Shown piece after piece: positions 24,928 to 38,033 of a DNA stretch of 62,097 nt (the first letter of the stretch is position 1; every line of letters begins with the position of its first letter). The DNA is from Tubiluchus corallicola. Lineage: Eukaryota; Animalia; Priapulida. The stretch lies in assembly GCA_030141605.1 (NCBI GenBank), contig JAQGDQ010001111.1, positions 1-62,097 of the forward strand, in the 5' to 3' direction. A program made the position numbers and the translations under genes. The notes beneath the pieces are model-generated. The model worked only from the letters and a program-made list of their open reading frames with translations, searched no databases and was not told the origin of the DNA.

Positions 24928-27900
24928 CTACGAGGAAAATTTAGGATCTTTTACTTCGTTTGTTTTGGAAGAGTCCTGATTAGTAAACAAAGGTTCAACA
25001 ACTAAAGTTATTAACTGTATACACCATTATTGTGCTAGTATAACACACAGATATGAAAAGTTAGCACAAAAATATATATATACGAAGTATCGGCACTACC
25101 TTGCACCAATTTTTATTCATCAAAAAAACTGTTCTTTGTTGAATTTCACAGAGGTAATATCGAAGGAATAATACTCGTTCACCTGCACCAAGTGAAGTAC
25201 ATCATGGACGTTGATCTGTTATAAAATATGGTTCACATATGCAGCTATTTACATTATAACATTGCACCTATCAGCCTACAAATATAAACATGCTAGAAGA
25301 ATTACATTGTGTTAGGGGTTATTTTTGTCATCGTTCTATCAGATTCTCGCTCTTTACGTCTTCTTCTTGCGTATTCTCTTGCCTCCTTAATTTTCCATTT
25401 CATTACATAATTTTTGCGAGAACATTTACATGAATTCAAACGATTTTTTTGCTAAGTTCGCGCGCGCGACTTTGCAGGAAATTAATATTATTCGATTACA
25501 AATGTTTGTCACTGCACGTGAACTTAAAGCTGAACTTAGACACATTTCCCTAAACGTACAACAATTCCTTGATGGATCCATTCGCTATAATGTGCAATAT
25601 TCGCATTGATTATAATTATGAGCTTTTAATTTATGATTCCATCCGCTTTTTTCGCTCAAGATATTATTGGCTAAAATATTATTTTTCGAATAAAGCCTAC
25701 ACTGGCTCTCCCAATTTGTATTTAATCGTCGTGAAACTAAGATTATGCTAGAATAAGTTCCACTGGGACTGACGGAGACAAGTTTGTCAAAAATTGCTTA
25801 AATGACTTGCGTTCATCCTACTTGTTTCATAACCGTGGCTCTAATGTACGTTTTTCCTGCTTTAAAAATGCGTTTTTAGTAAGCTAAAGAGATGCCTACA
25901 CGCAAAATTGGTCAAATGAGATTCAGATTGCAGATTTCTGAACCAATTGTAGACTGTTTAAAAAGCATTTGCTCTTAAAAATATTTAAATAATCTACCTA
26001 AGCAGTTTGCTTAATATTATACTTAACTTCGTAATTTATTGACTGCTGTGGCTAATGTTACACAAGAAATCCGTGAAAGCTATATTTGTCCCTAGTTTCA
26101 AGGAAGTTATGCAGAAAAATTTCATAAGATTTTACATTTGTAATGGTATGATGCGTGAATGAAGTGCCACGGTTTTTACTGTTAATTATGCACCTAAGGT
26201 AATTAACTTTGAACTATCGTATAATATATAATGAATGCTAGAAATTTATGTATTAAATTAGCTTGTTTGTGGCTGGAAAATTAAAGTAGTTTTTCTTGTT
26301 TCCATAGTTCCCTCACTATACTATGCAATTGACTTTAAGCTTAAGATTTTAGTACTTATTAGTGTAATGTATCGGGCCTAAGATTTAAATACTTACTTAT
26401 ACTTTCTCCATAATTATTAGACGGAACCAAGTTTATTTGTTAACAGTAGTTTGTAAGTTGCTCGCCAGGTGGCAAAACGCAGCAACTTTGTATACTGCGT
26501 TTCCTGTGATGTGGTGTGAAAACAAATTCGTATTCGTATTCGAAAAAAAGTTCAAGGCTCCAGGAATTCGCGCAATGAATCATCTTGAGCAAAAAGCTAT
26601 TATAACTTGGCCCCGATCATCGAAGGTCATGAAAGCTTTTCAGGAATGTACTAAAACATATTACGCGTCGTTTGACGGAGCCGGATTTTCGATCCTTCTC
26701 CGTCATATAGTCTACTATAATTATGTGCAACTGCTTATAATGTACTGCTTTATAAGCAGTTTATACAAACATACTAGAAAAAATTCTGCATTGATTGTCT
26801 GAATCCGGTTTTTGAGTTCACTAATAGTAGCCGAACTTGTGACCACTACACAGCAAAAAGACACAACTCAGCAAAAAGATATTTAGCCAGAATATCATTT
26901 TTGCAGTCTTTCGTTAGACCTATTGCTAGCCACGAAACTAATAAGACCATATCTAATTAAATTATACCAAGTCTAACTAAGAGTATATTGTAATTTAATA
27001 AAGCATTTTGGTACCATAACAGTAGTTAAGATTGAATGATGAATGCGCGGGGGTTGTCTAAAATTACGCACGAAGCTACGGCAACGACGTATTTGATGGG
27101 TACTTCTTCAGTGCATCTTTTGCCGGTGAGCGCATTTACCTGATCAAAGCCGATGATACACCAAAGCGCCAAGTCTCTGACATTTTAGTCACAGTATACT
27201 TGTTATAGTCTTGGGTTTGAAATAGTTTTGTAAGCTAGTCTGTGTCATTTATGTAGAGAAATCTTCATTATTATTATGTACCTATTAATTTATTAAAGTG
27301 TCTTGGGGCAAATCCGTTGCGAAGGCTTTATTATAAAATTTGCAAAAAGCATAGTAAGCACTACATTTCTAACAAACCTTCGTTCCCGTTTTGTTTTATT
27401 TTCCCTTACCGTTCCTCCTTTTTCCATACCTACTACTACATTGCCCCCTCGCTGTCACACTTTTCTCTCGCTTCTCTTTCCGCCTGTCTTTTCTCCTTCA
27501 TTTGCCCTTCATACAATTTTTCCTCTTTTTTCAAACATCCTATCAGTTTTCCTCCATTGTATTTTTCCCATTATGTCTCTTAATTCTTCTCATTTACTTC
27601 TTGCAACAATAATACAAATCTCGCTTTAAAATAGCATAGATTTTTTAAGACTCGAATTCTTCGCGGTTATTTACATGTATAACATTTAAATAGACATTTT
27701 TGCTAACAGGCCTTATTGTTGCAAATTTTACATTCGTCACTGAAAGTGTTCAATGAAGAATGAAGATAAGATTCAGTGTTCCGTTGCGAAGGCTTTACAA
27801 ACTGCATTGCTAGACTCTTACGCAAACTATATGTGTAGGTTGTCTAGCAATAACTGAAGAAAAGGACCTTTGCACTGGAATGTTTTTGGTTGCTATAGTA

Positions 27901-27989
27901 ACGCTCAAGACTGTTTTTCAGACTGACAAAGCTATAGTGCGTCATACTCATGCGATTATGACTATATCAAGAGGATTTTTCAAGCGCAT

Positions 27990-28095
27990 AATGGGTAAAC
28001 AGCCAAAATCTACAGTGACTTGGAATCGAACCCGGGTTACCATACGTAACTAGCATTATTGCCCGCGTGCTTATCATTTAAGCCAAAATCTCGCT
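27990..28095 (-). mobile_element. tRNA-derived SINE head or tRNA pseudogene
   Basis: Minus-strand A-box-like TGGCTTAAATGA (28074-28085) and B box GGTTCGATTCC (28022-28032); no clean cloverleaf. Confidence 0.5.
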
Positions 28096-29250
28096 ATTGC
28101 TTAGTAACTTCGAAAATCTTAGACTAGCATTACAGTGTTTCCTTCATAAATGACTGTGTCTTTGTTTCTTCTAATAAGCATTCGTGATATACAAGGCGCT
28201 TGCACACACATGTGCGAACAGGAACACACAAACACGCACTCACGCACGCAGTACACAGGCCCAAACCTGGCCCTATTTTCAAGCTTACCGCACACGGGCA
28301 GGAAAAAACATGAAACAGAAAACAAAAATAAAAAAATTGGATGAATAAAGCTAATTTGACATCTGTTTATAGAAAACAAAAAGCATAAAAGAAGGAAAAA
28401 CGTTGCACAAAACAAAGGACAAGCGTTTCGTGAATCTAATACTTCTTCTTTTGTACGAAAAAAACAAGTGCTTTGACTGTTGCGTGTGTTAGGTGTTTCG
28501 CGTTACTAGAAACTGCAGCACGACAGCGAACCAGTTGATCGAAAGCAAATCAGTTGGAATTATGGTACGCACGCGCTTTTTTTCTGGCTAGGTGGGGACG
28601 TAAAGCTTGCTTGCGCGTACAGAAGGAAAACACGTATGAAACAACTGCAAACCAATTCGAAACAAAATTGTTTAGTGTTTCCTGTTTTCTACCTCACCGT
28701 GCCCTACGTTTTTGCATTTAAAATGGCGCTTATGTGGTTCAAGTAGGACTTTCTGTACTCTTGACCAGCAGTTTGTAATACGTGCGCCCATCGATCGCAG
28801 TCCGTGGTCCTCACTCCATGTATCGTATCTAACGTTGACTGAGGTATGCATAGTACGACAGCAAAGATAAAACGTGACAGGCTCGAAAGCTGTATGTATC
28901 CACATGACCTAGTACAAAACTGTGACCAACTCTGAATATCAAGCAATTGCGATGCTGATAAGTTACTGACTGATATACTTCACACTTTTTATGTTTGAAA
29001 TCTCTAAACCTCCACACTTAGCAAAGCCCACACTCCAGTGAAAATACTTAACTTATATAATTGATATGCAGACAAGTTAATTAATAAGTTTGGTTGATAT
29101 TTGTATGCTTATTGATGCCTGTTGTCGTCTTATCCTCTCGGGTCATTACAAGGACATAAAAATTTAGATGACATTGTCATTTTATTAACATCATTTTCAA
29201 AAAATGCCATTGTCAAATTTTAATGCAGCCGAAAATGCACTCGCCACAAT

Positions 29251-32200
29251 TTATTTTAGTAGTGGTTCACGTTCATCATCGTGTTCATGTTCATGGTGCT
29301 CGTGTGTTCCTGGAGTTATACCAGGAGCGTGTTTCACATCAAAGTAATACAGTGATCTTAAAGCTAGACAAAATCCGCAGGCAATAAACCAAGAGACGCC
29401 CATCACCATGTACGGATACTTCACAGACCCAGTACTGTCAAGCAAGGGCCCTGAAAGTGAAAAAACTTATTGTTAACCTGGTAAATGCAATGACACAAAT
29501 GGCAAACAAGTGTGAGACACATGACAGTTGCATAAACAGCAAGACTGAGTAAAGCCCTGTTTACACGGTACCTTTTTGACGCACGAGTCAGAACGCATGC
29601 GTCAAAAACGCGTCGTGTTAACTGTACGTGCGACGCGATTATATAACTCTCGCGTTAGACTCGTGCACAAGACGCATGTTTTAATTTCTTGCGACATCGT
29701 AAGCGGGACGCAAGAATCCTGCCAAACAGGTACGTGAGATGTGGTCACGTTTTCACTTCGAAAAACGAAAAGAACAGTGTTAACAGCACGGCATCCCCTG
29801 TGGACTTGCAGCAAAGCAAATGGACAACAATGGTATTGATTAATCAGTATCGGATTGCGGATTTAATTTTATTTGTATTAATTGTTGATGTTTAGTGTTT
29901 TTCTATAAATCATTTAGTGCAACTGGAAAATAAGCACCATTTTGATTTAAACTCAGCATTTAAATCGTGATTTTAATTACAATGTTTTTTATTGATGCCA
30001 ATTTTCATTGAGGTAATGCCAATTTACAATCAGAAAAATGATGTTTCAGAAATTGGTGAAAGAAATTCATTCCTATTTTATGAAAAATAATTAGCTTTGT
30101 CAAGACAGTTTTGATTTCTTTTGCAAAATTTAAAGTGTTCTACATTGGTGATACTACTTTGCCAATTTATCTGCAAAGATACTACACATCGTAAGAAACA
30201 CTGGGTACTAGGCAGATGGAACATAAATCTAAATTTGACACAGCGACAGATGATAGCAAAACTGTAAGAGAAAAGAATTAAAAAATAATAAAAACCCTTT
30301 TATCAATTAGAAGACTACTACCAAAAATGTGAAACTGAGAATGCCAAATTTACTTTATTCAAAAATCTACTTTTCTTTTTGACTTTCTCCAGTCCTATAT
30401 TTCAATTCAAACTTAATTGAAGAAAAGACACTATGACAATTTTCTTTAGTTATACATTATACATAGCATTTACACGTCGACCACGTGGCAGCCTGTTGTA
30501 GGATGAGTCACGACGTCCAGGACGCACAAGCAAGACGCATCGTACAAACAGAATGTTCAACCTTGCATCCATCCTACGCCACAATAAGCGTGTTCGCTGG
30601 GAAGAAGGAAAAGAATTTTTTGTGAACTGAGTAGAAGACAGATGGCGGAAAAAAGTAGCTTTAGTACAATTACAACCTTTTTGAATTTGTATCTAACAAT
30701 TAATAAAGCAGCTACACCATGAAAATAGTCATTTTTTTATTTGTGATGTAACGATAATGATATGATTATAATTTTAATATAAAACTGAACAAATTAAATT
30801 TAACATCTGCTCATTAATGTTAAACTAACTCATTTACGTTCAACTCATTATTGTTTTAAGCATGTGAAAAAAATATATTTGCTTAAAAGCTGAAAAGGAA
30901 TAATGATAGCTTAGTACCTGTTATCAAAGGACCAATAATTAAGATTATAGCCTGTCCCAGCATCACAAGGCCTAGTCCATCTCCAGATTTTTCTGTTCCC
31001 AAAATATCAACGAGTATGGGTATGTTTGGTGCTTGGGCACCTGCCAACATCACACCCATAAGAACAGCAAATACTCCCAGAAGTGGCACAGACTTAGCTG
31101 TTCCAATGAGAAACATATCAATTCCACCCAAAACTAGAGTGAGTGCCATTCCGTACTGACGAACAGCTGGTGTTCGAAACCGCTTACGATCGAAGAATAT
31201 GCCCCAAAGGATCCTAGCAATCAACTCTGAAAGGCTCATCATGGACACAAAGGTCGCTTCAATTTTGTCATTGTCGCCAAGTTCTTGGACTTTTATCGGC
31301 AACAGGACATAGACCATTATAGAGCTGAACATATACATTGTTCTCGCTCCGACGTACAGAAGGCAATAGGGGTCTTTCAATACTGACCAGTGGAAAAAGT
31401 GCAATTTTCCTCTATCTATATCTGGTGATTCATCAGATTCAACTTGTGCTGTGTCTATTGATGTTGTAGTTTCTTCTAGTCCAGGTTTTGGATCTGTAAG
31501 GGGAGGAGGAGTCAATGTTCCGTACTGCTTTGTAGTTGAAGGAAGCCTGTTGTCATTTTCGTTCGCATTCTTTTTCGCTATTAAGTTTGGTTTGTCATCG
31601 ATAGTTTCTTTTATTCCACTGTTTGACTTAATTTCTTGTTTTTCTGGGTCTTTGATATTTGGTGGTTTGTTTGTAACTTTTTTAAGATCTACAGGACGCA
31701 TAACAGCTCCTGTTATGATAACGTTAAAAACCAATGCACCACATATTAGGAACGTGGCTTTGTAGTTCAGTTCACGAAGAAGCCATTCAAGAAGTAATGG
31801 AAAGACAAATGCACCAAGAGCAGAACCACTGATTACAAACGACGATGAGAATGATATGTGCTTCTTGAAGTAAAATGGAACAATTGACAATGTAGGGTTG
31901 TGAATGAAGCCAACGCCAAAACCTAAAAAAACAGAGCTAATGATTTTTAAAATAACTGAAACAACTACCAGCAATGATGTCAGTAGCTACAGTCACGTTT
32001 ATGATATCAAGAGCATTGACAAGTTTCTTCAACAAGGAGGACAGTGGCTATATTGAACAAGCAAGCAAAATGGGTAATGACGCTGTTGATAAATTTAGAA
32101 TATGAAAAACAGTAACGGCAATCCTAAAAGTAATAATAACAGTGCCAGCAGAGAGAACAACATTGACAACAGTGACAATTTGTGCAAATATAACATCAAA

Positions 32201-33047
32201 AAACAGTGCTTACCGCCGACTATTGTAACCACAACCAGCTTCAGCAAAATTGGTAGTGAAAAAAATTGAATGATTAGGAGACTTGTACTTAAAAATAGTG
32301 AACTTACCAAACAGCAAGCCATATGTAACAAAGAGTACTGCCAGCGAATTAGCAAAGAAGCCAAGACTTAGCCCGACTCCAGCAATGCAAGCTCCTACGA
32401 TGACCACTCGCCTGTGGCTAAATCTGTTAACCAATCCGCATGTGATTGGTGCTGTTAAGAATAAAAGCAACTTCAACACAGTTAGAATAGACAATGTTGA
32501 AAATGGATTATAGCATTGCTCTAGAGAAAAAAAAACTATGCTGTCTTGACTTAATTCGTAATTATGTATATTCTAATGCACTGCACCCTGCAGGCACAAT
32601 TTCGTGACTTCCCTAAAAAAGGAATGTAATAAAGATGTATTTTCGATTTGCCCAAAAAAAGAAATATAGATGTATTCACAGGAAACGGTGTTTTCTAAAC
32701 AAGAGTGCATAGTTAAAATAATGTTAAAGATTATACTATAACTAAATTCTAGGCGAAAAATAAGCGTACGTATTTATTTATTTTTTTGGTTAAAGTTCAA
32801 TACTTAAAAACAGAATTATTAATGAAATTGAATGTACGAGCTGAAACATACCCATTCCATACGCTAGTCCCTGAGCTAGACCAGATATCCATTGAACTAG
32901 TGTTGCACTGGCGTTGAAAACGCTCATCAGTTCAATCAATAAAATACCGTAAGATTTTATTTGTCCCATTGTTAGAAATTGGGCGCAAAATCCTGCTGTG
33001 ATCACCACCCATGCCCATCCACTGTCAAAATGCTTCTTTTTACCCAT
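29251..33047 (-). CDS. SLC16/MCT-family transporter, paralog C (514 aa predicted)
   Basis: Exons 32852-33047, 32308-32451, 30918-31922, 29251-29450; 1545 nt open. Motifs DSGWAW, YFKKHISFSSSFVISG, TM8 SELIAR; closest to paralog B (GQIKSYGIL, GLAQGLA, QAP, MLGQA). Confidence 0.93.
29553..30557. mobile_element. PIF/Harbinger-like non-autonomous element relic in intron 3 of paralog C
   Basis: Left end taa|agccctgtttacacg; degenerate inverted right end cgtacaaacagaat; gacgca-rich subterminal blocks at both ends. Confidence 0.4.
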
Positions 33048-33352
33048 TTTTATGCAAAAAGTGCAGTATTTCAGAAGTCCTTGGAACAGGTCACCAAAAG
33101 CAAAACAAACTTTTTGCGAAAAGTGTAACTAGCACAATCCAAAACATCCCGTAAAGTTAGTTCTTATATGTAGCACAGACGCCATGTAATCGTTACATGA
33201 AAACTTGCACTGCCCAGTATGAGGTCATGGCTAGTGGACTCTGGGAGGACAGTGCAAGGGTCAGCTGATAATGCTGAACGTATGTTAGGAAATACGGAAA
33301 ACTTACCAAATCCTGCCTTTTTTGAAACTGTTTGGCATTTCTCAAAAGCTTA

Positions 33353-33356
<4 letters not shown>

Positions 33357-33395
<39 letters not shown>
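33357..33395. repeat. (CA)n microsatellite
   Basis: Perfect run upstream of the paralog C ATG. Confidence 0.95.
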
Positions 33396-33404
<9 letters not shown>

Positions 33405-34159
33405 TTGTGCATTGGCATGAATAAATTCTAATAAACTATATTTCGGGGGGCAAAGGTAACCTTGTGGGCAAGTGGTTTCAATAATAACAAACAGTAAAAT
33501 CTTAGAAAAGAGGCAGAAAATGGAAACAAAATGGGGTTTTAGCCTAATTTGGTGCAACATTTCAGTACTGTAGTACTACCGGTAATTTCATATTTAGTTG
33601 CTTAGCCACACGATTACATAATTTAAAAAAAATTGTTAGTTATCGGGGTTTAACTTGTTTAATCAACCTTTGATTAAACAAGCAGTTTACAGATAAGAAG
33701 CCCGCATAGGAGACAAATTTTATTGAGAAAACTTACGTGTTTTTAAATGCAGGAGACAAAACCCATAAGACTATTAATTAATACCTAGTCTAAAGATTAT
33801 AATACCATAAGCAATACATTAATGCCCATTGCACAGGTAAACACATCGGTTTACACGGATATGAATATTGATTGTTACTTTTGTTAGCATAATGTAAGCA
33901 AACGAACATCTTGCCTTCGCTTTACAAGACATTGCTCTCTCCCGAGGCGACAAAATCTCACTAAACAGTTGAAGGTATTCTGATCCGTTTTTTGACGAAC
34001 AAGTTTCAATACTTTCAACTATTACAAAGCGCAGTTTATGTAACATATTCATTTAGTAATAAAATGTGAGCAATTGTTTAATTGCCAGATATTGATCGCA
34101 CACTGTAAGAATTATTAGATGACACCTGACCAAACGATTGCTTTTTATTAGTCAGATCT

Positions 34160-34372
34160 GCTTTGTCTGAAGCAGGTTTTTGTTCCGAGTCGGCATTGTG
34201 TGAGACAGAAAACAAGCACGTTTGATCAAAATCTGTGTGTAACAAAATTGGTGAAAAAAAAACGTTTGTCGAGCTCTCGGATGAGCAAATGTTGCACCGT
34301 AGATCACCGTCTGTCCGGCTGAACACCCTCGTAAGCAAGAGCGCGCACAAATATACATACACACTCTACAGA
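34160..34372 (+). repeat. Interspersed repeat, copy 1 (copy 2 at about 51690-51945)
   Basis: Collinear shared blocks tttgtctga, tttttgttc.gagtc, gacagaaaa, accgtctgtccggctgaac (19-mer exact), cgtaagca, gcacaaata, tacatac. Confidence 0.75.
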
Positions 34373-35284
34373 TGCACTATGCTACAAAGTGTCTCAGAAT
34401 GCAATGCCAAACATACGCAGTACAATGACAAAAAATACAATTTGCAAAAGTTCTTAATAACGGATTAATGGGACACAATTTATTAGATCTGTATAGATGT
34501 AAATCCAAGTTCATTCATCATAAGTATGGAAAAATAAAGCAAATGCCATAATATTTCAATGAAAGTACATAACAGAATTTGACTGTGATCTTTACTTTCC
34601 CGGAATTTGATTCTTACGGGAATGACTTGAATGGTTTATCCATGCACAAAGAAGCTTGTGAGATTTCTTTAAGCATATCATCAATTTTGATAAATAAAAT
34701 GTTTTCGGAAATTAAATATTGATGACTATACATACTTGCTTTTACCGACAGAAAATCTTCTTTATAGCTTTGATAATATACTTAACAAGCAGTTAGGTCA
34801 TCGCATCGATGCTGCAACGCGCATGCGCTTTTACAACATGTCATTACATTTCCGAAAGTCTACCAAAAAAGAAGCCACCCCACAAAAGTGTTTATTATTT
34901 TATCATTCAATATTGTGAGCAAGTTCTTATAATTTTGCAATAATTTTGCGAAACTTTCGCCTATTCGCAGCTTTATATGCAGTCGCTACGTAGTATGCAG
35001 TCTATATTAACTGTCAATGAGACATTTCCAATGAGGATACAATGTGTTCAAATACCGGGCAAGTTTTAGACTGTTTTGACTTGGCTTTAAAACTAAATAA
35101 TTGTTCAGGCAATGAAGACGTTAAAATGCACTATTGAAAGTTAACTTGGTTGGTTTTTTAAGCTCGTAAATTAACTTAATTTACTTTATCCCATATTTAA
35201 ATTTCAGTATAAATTTAAGGTGAGTGTTCTTATTTAACAGTGTATATTAATTTCCAGATTTTCGATTAGTTAACAAATAATGTG

Positions 35285-37567
35285 TTGAAGTCCAGGTGCA
35301 ATTGTCATAGTTCTGGCATTTCATGTTAATTTTGTCACACAGTGGTTTTGAGTTCTTACGGGTCTGAAGTTTTAAAAAAATAGGGCGGCACTTTTTCAAG
35401 CCAGGTTCAAGATCATTTCAAGGTTTACACATACCGGGATTCGATATATTTTATAAATAATGCATATAAGGATTATTTAGATTTTTTCAATTGGAACTGT
35501 GGCACTCGAAGACTGAAAAACAGAATGTTCATCATTAATATGTTACTTAATAAAAGAGGTGACAGCTCATTTTTCTATCAAAGCCAAAGTTGTTTCTATG
35601 TCGTAGTAGAGAAAATCTATGTATCTCAGGAAAAATATGTATAGTTTGGAGTACAAGTTGTTAGATTGCCTGTGTTTTACTGAAATGTCTTGGGAAGCAT
35701 CCCTAATCATTATGTAATAATTCTCCATAAAATATACTCATTTCTTGTGTCAGAGTCAAGTTCACATTAGCATAATAATACACTGCTGATTTATATGTAG
35801 TTCACAAAAAACTGTGTTAAATTCAGCAAAATTTCATATTAAACATACAGAGACTGTGACAGACACAATGAGGGATTGACATTAGCCAGCATAGACCAAA
35901 TGTTTATAATCGTCAAGGTCACTATAATATCTTATGAACATTAAATCTTACTGTTAGATCAGTTTGCAATGGCTTGGCCGTTCATGATTGTCACTAGGAA
36001 CCATGCGACAGCATTTAAATGAAGAGAGTCAAGCAGATTAAATAACAAATATCATATCATACAAAGGGAACCAAAGGAATCGAGCTAAAAGTGGAACATC
36101 TTTCCTCATCCCAAGAGGAGGCAGATACTGTTCTCATCCGTCACGCACTTGATGCAGTGAAACGAGGAAACGGGGTAGATATTATGACTCCCGAAACATA
36201 TGTGTTTATCCTTGCAGTTTCAATATGCCCGTATCTTGGAAGGTGCCCACAAATTTTTGAGAGGTACTGCAGCTAAACAACAGAAAATTTACATTCAATC
36301 AATATATGATGCCATTGGACCCGATATCTAGCGTCTGTCTTGTCTGGTTTCCATGCCTTTACAGGGTGTGATGACACGTGTGACTGGTTCCAGAGCAAAG
36401 GAAAAGTACGATATTAGAATACCTTGCTCAAGGCCCCAAAGAAGATCAGAGATGCAACTGGGAAAAGTACTAGACCTCCCGTTAGAAACAAGTATAATTG
36501 AGGCACTTGAAGAATTTGTTTGCCTTTTGTACAGGCAGAATGCAACTCCAAAACAACCGATTTATCAATCCTCTGATTGGCGCCGTTTACAACATCTCAG
36601 GCAGAAGCACTGAAACTACCACCTATACAAGCAGCACTTCTGCAGCATATTCTTTGGGTCACTAATCAGTCATTTGTGTGGGCTCATGTAGATGAGCTTA
36701 AGCCTAGTCTTCCACCTGCAGTTGGATAGGGATGGACCGATAGTGATGAAGTATGCATCCCAATACTCTCAACGTTGGACCCTCCACCAAAAGGAGTGAT
36801 AGAAACTAAAAACACTGCAATTATGCAACAACTTTATGTTCAACTCCAAGTTGCACGTGTCGCAAAGTAAATCTAGTATCTACTGAACTATGAAGGTGTA
36901 GTCTTCAGGCAGACCAGCTGTCAGAATCATGCAGATAGTTCTAGCATAATTGTAAATGCCGATTCTGACAGGGAAAGTGAAGACAGGTAACGCTCGAAAG
37001 TGCCTTTATCTCTTTAAGAACGTTGTTCATTCTTGAGTATATGTTTGTTTTTGGTAGTGCAAGTAATTTAACTCTAGACATACTAGTAGTAGCTATACTA
37101 ATTACTGTATCATCAACTAAAATATCAAAGTTTGCTCAAAAGCATTGCTCAAAAAGACATTGAGCAAATACAATGTTGCTCAATGAAACGTGTGTATAAT
37201 CATATGAAAAATTTTGGCATTATTTATATTTTCGACCTTGAAATTACCCTGACCTTCACAATAATGTAGGTTAATACCATGGATGGTCCTTCAGTACACT
37301 TATCTTCTATTCAGTATTTGAAAAAGTCCACTTTAAATAACCTGAATCCATGTATTTTACATGTGGTGTTCCATTTTACTTTAAATGACGTTGAAATTAC
37401 CTTGAGCTTGTATTGAAAAAAATAAATTGAAAAAATGTCACCCTATTTTTTTTAGAAACTATAAATCCGTAAAACCTCAAAACCTGAGTAACAAAAATTA
37501 ACATGAGATATTAACATGATGAGTAACAGAATCTTAGATATTGTGCACAATTTCCCCTGGACTGCAA
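35285..37567 (+). mobile_element. Decayed TIR DNA element carrying a PIN/FEN1-XPG-like nuclease plus CXC pseudo-ORF
   Basis: Degenerate TIRs about 35285-35424 and 37387-37567 (ttg.agtccagg...tcatgttaatttt...gttttgag...aaaaaaatagggyg). Broken frames 36091-36990: QEEADTVLIRHA, LSGFHAFTGCD, SKGK, LEEFVCLLY, LPPIQAALLQHI...VW, PAVG*GW, CSTPSCTCRKVNL. Confidence 0.75.
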
Positions 37568-38033
37568 AGGTTGGTTTGGAAACCTCAATGCATGCAATTG
37601 TAGGCTCATCTCATAATTCGGTGTGCTCTTATTTTTGACTTGTTTGAGTAACTATGTTTAAATCGTTTGGTGGGAAAAGGTGGACTGTGTTACGTGGTAT
37701 GGAAACAATCCTGCCGCTAAATACATGAAAAAATATTTTCCACTTCGCCTGGAAAGGTCAGTCTCAGGGTGGGATTAGTAGCAATTTTAAAAACATTTTA
37801 AACAGCATTATATCCACTTTCCACTATCGGGGATGACAGTTTCAAAGATCACACAAAAATATATGTTGTCCACTCGGTATCATTATGCCGTTAGTAGCTA
37901 ATCCATTTGCACTAGATTTCCACGATTAAATTAGTCGCTTCATTTACACACACGACAGTCGTCACATCTTAGGCTCCAATGCTGACAACAATAGTGCATG
38001 ATTCGTTGACATTTTTAATATTGCTGCCTTGAA

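Noticed and set aside
27303-27629. Three overlapping F/L/S-rich ORFs
   Set aside because: Pyrimidine-rich low-complexity tract lacks stops by composition.
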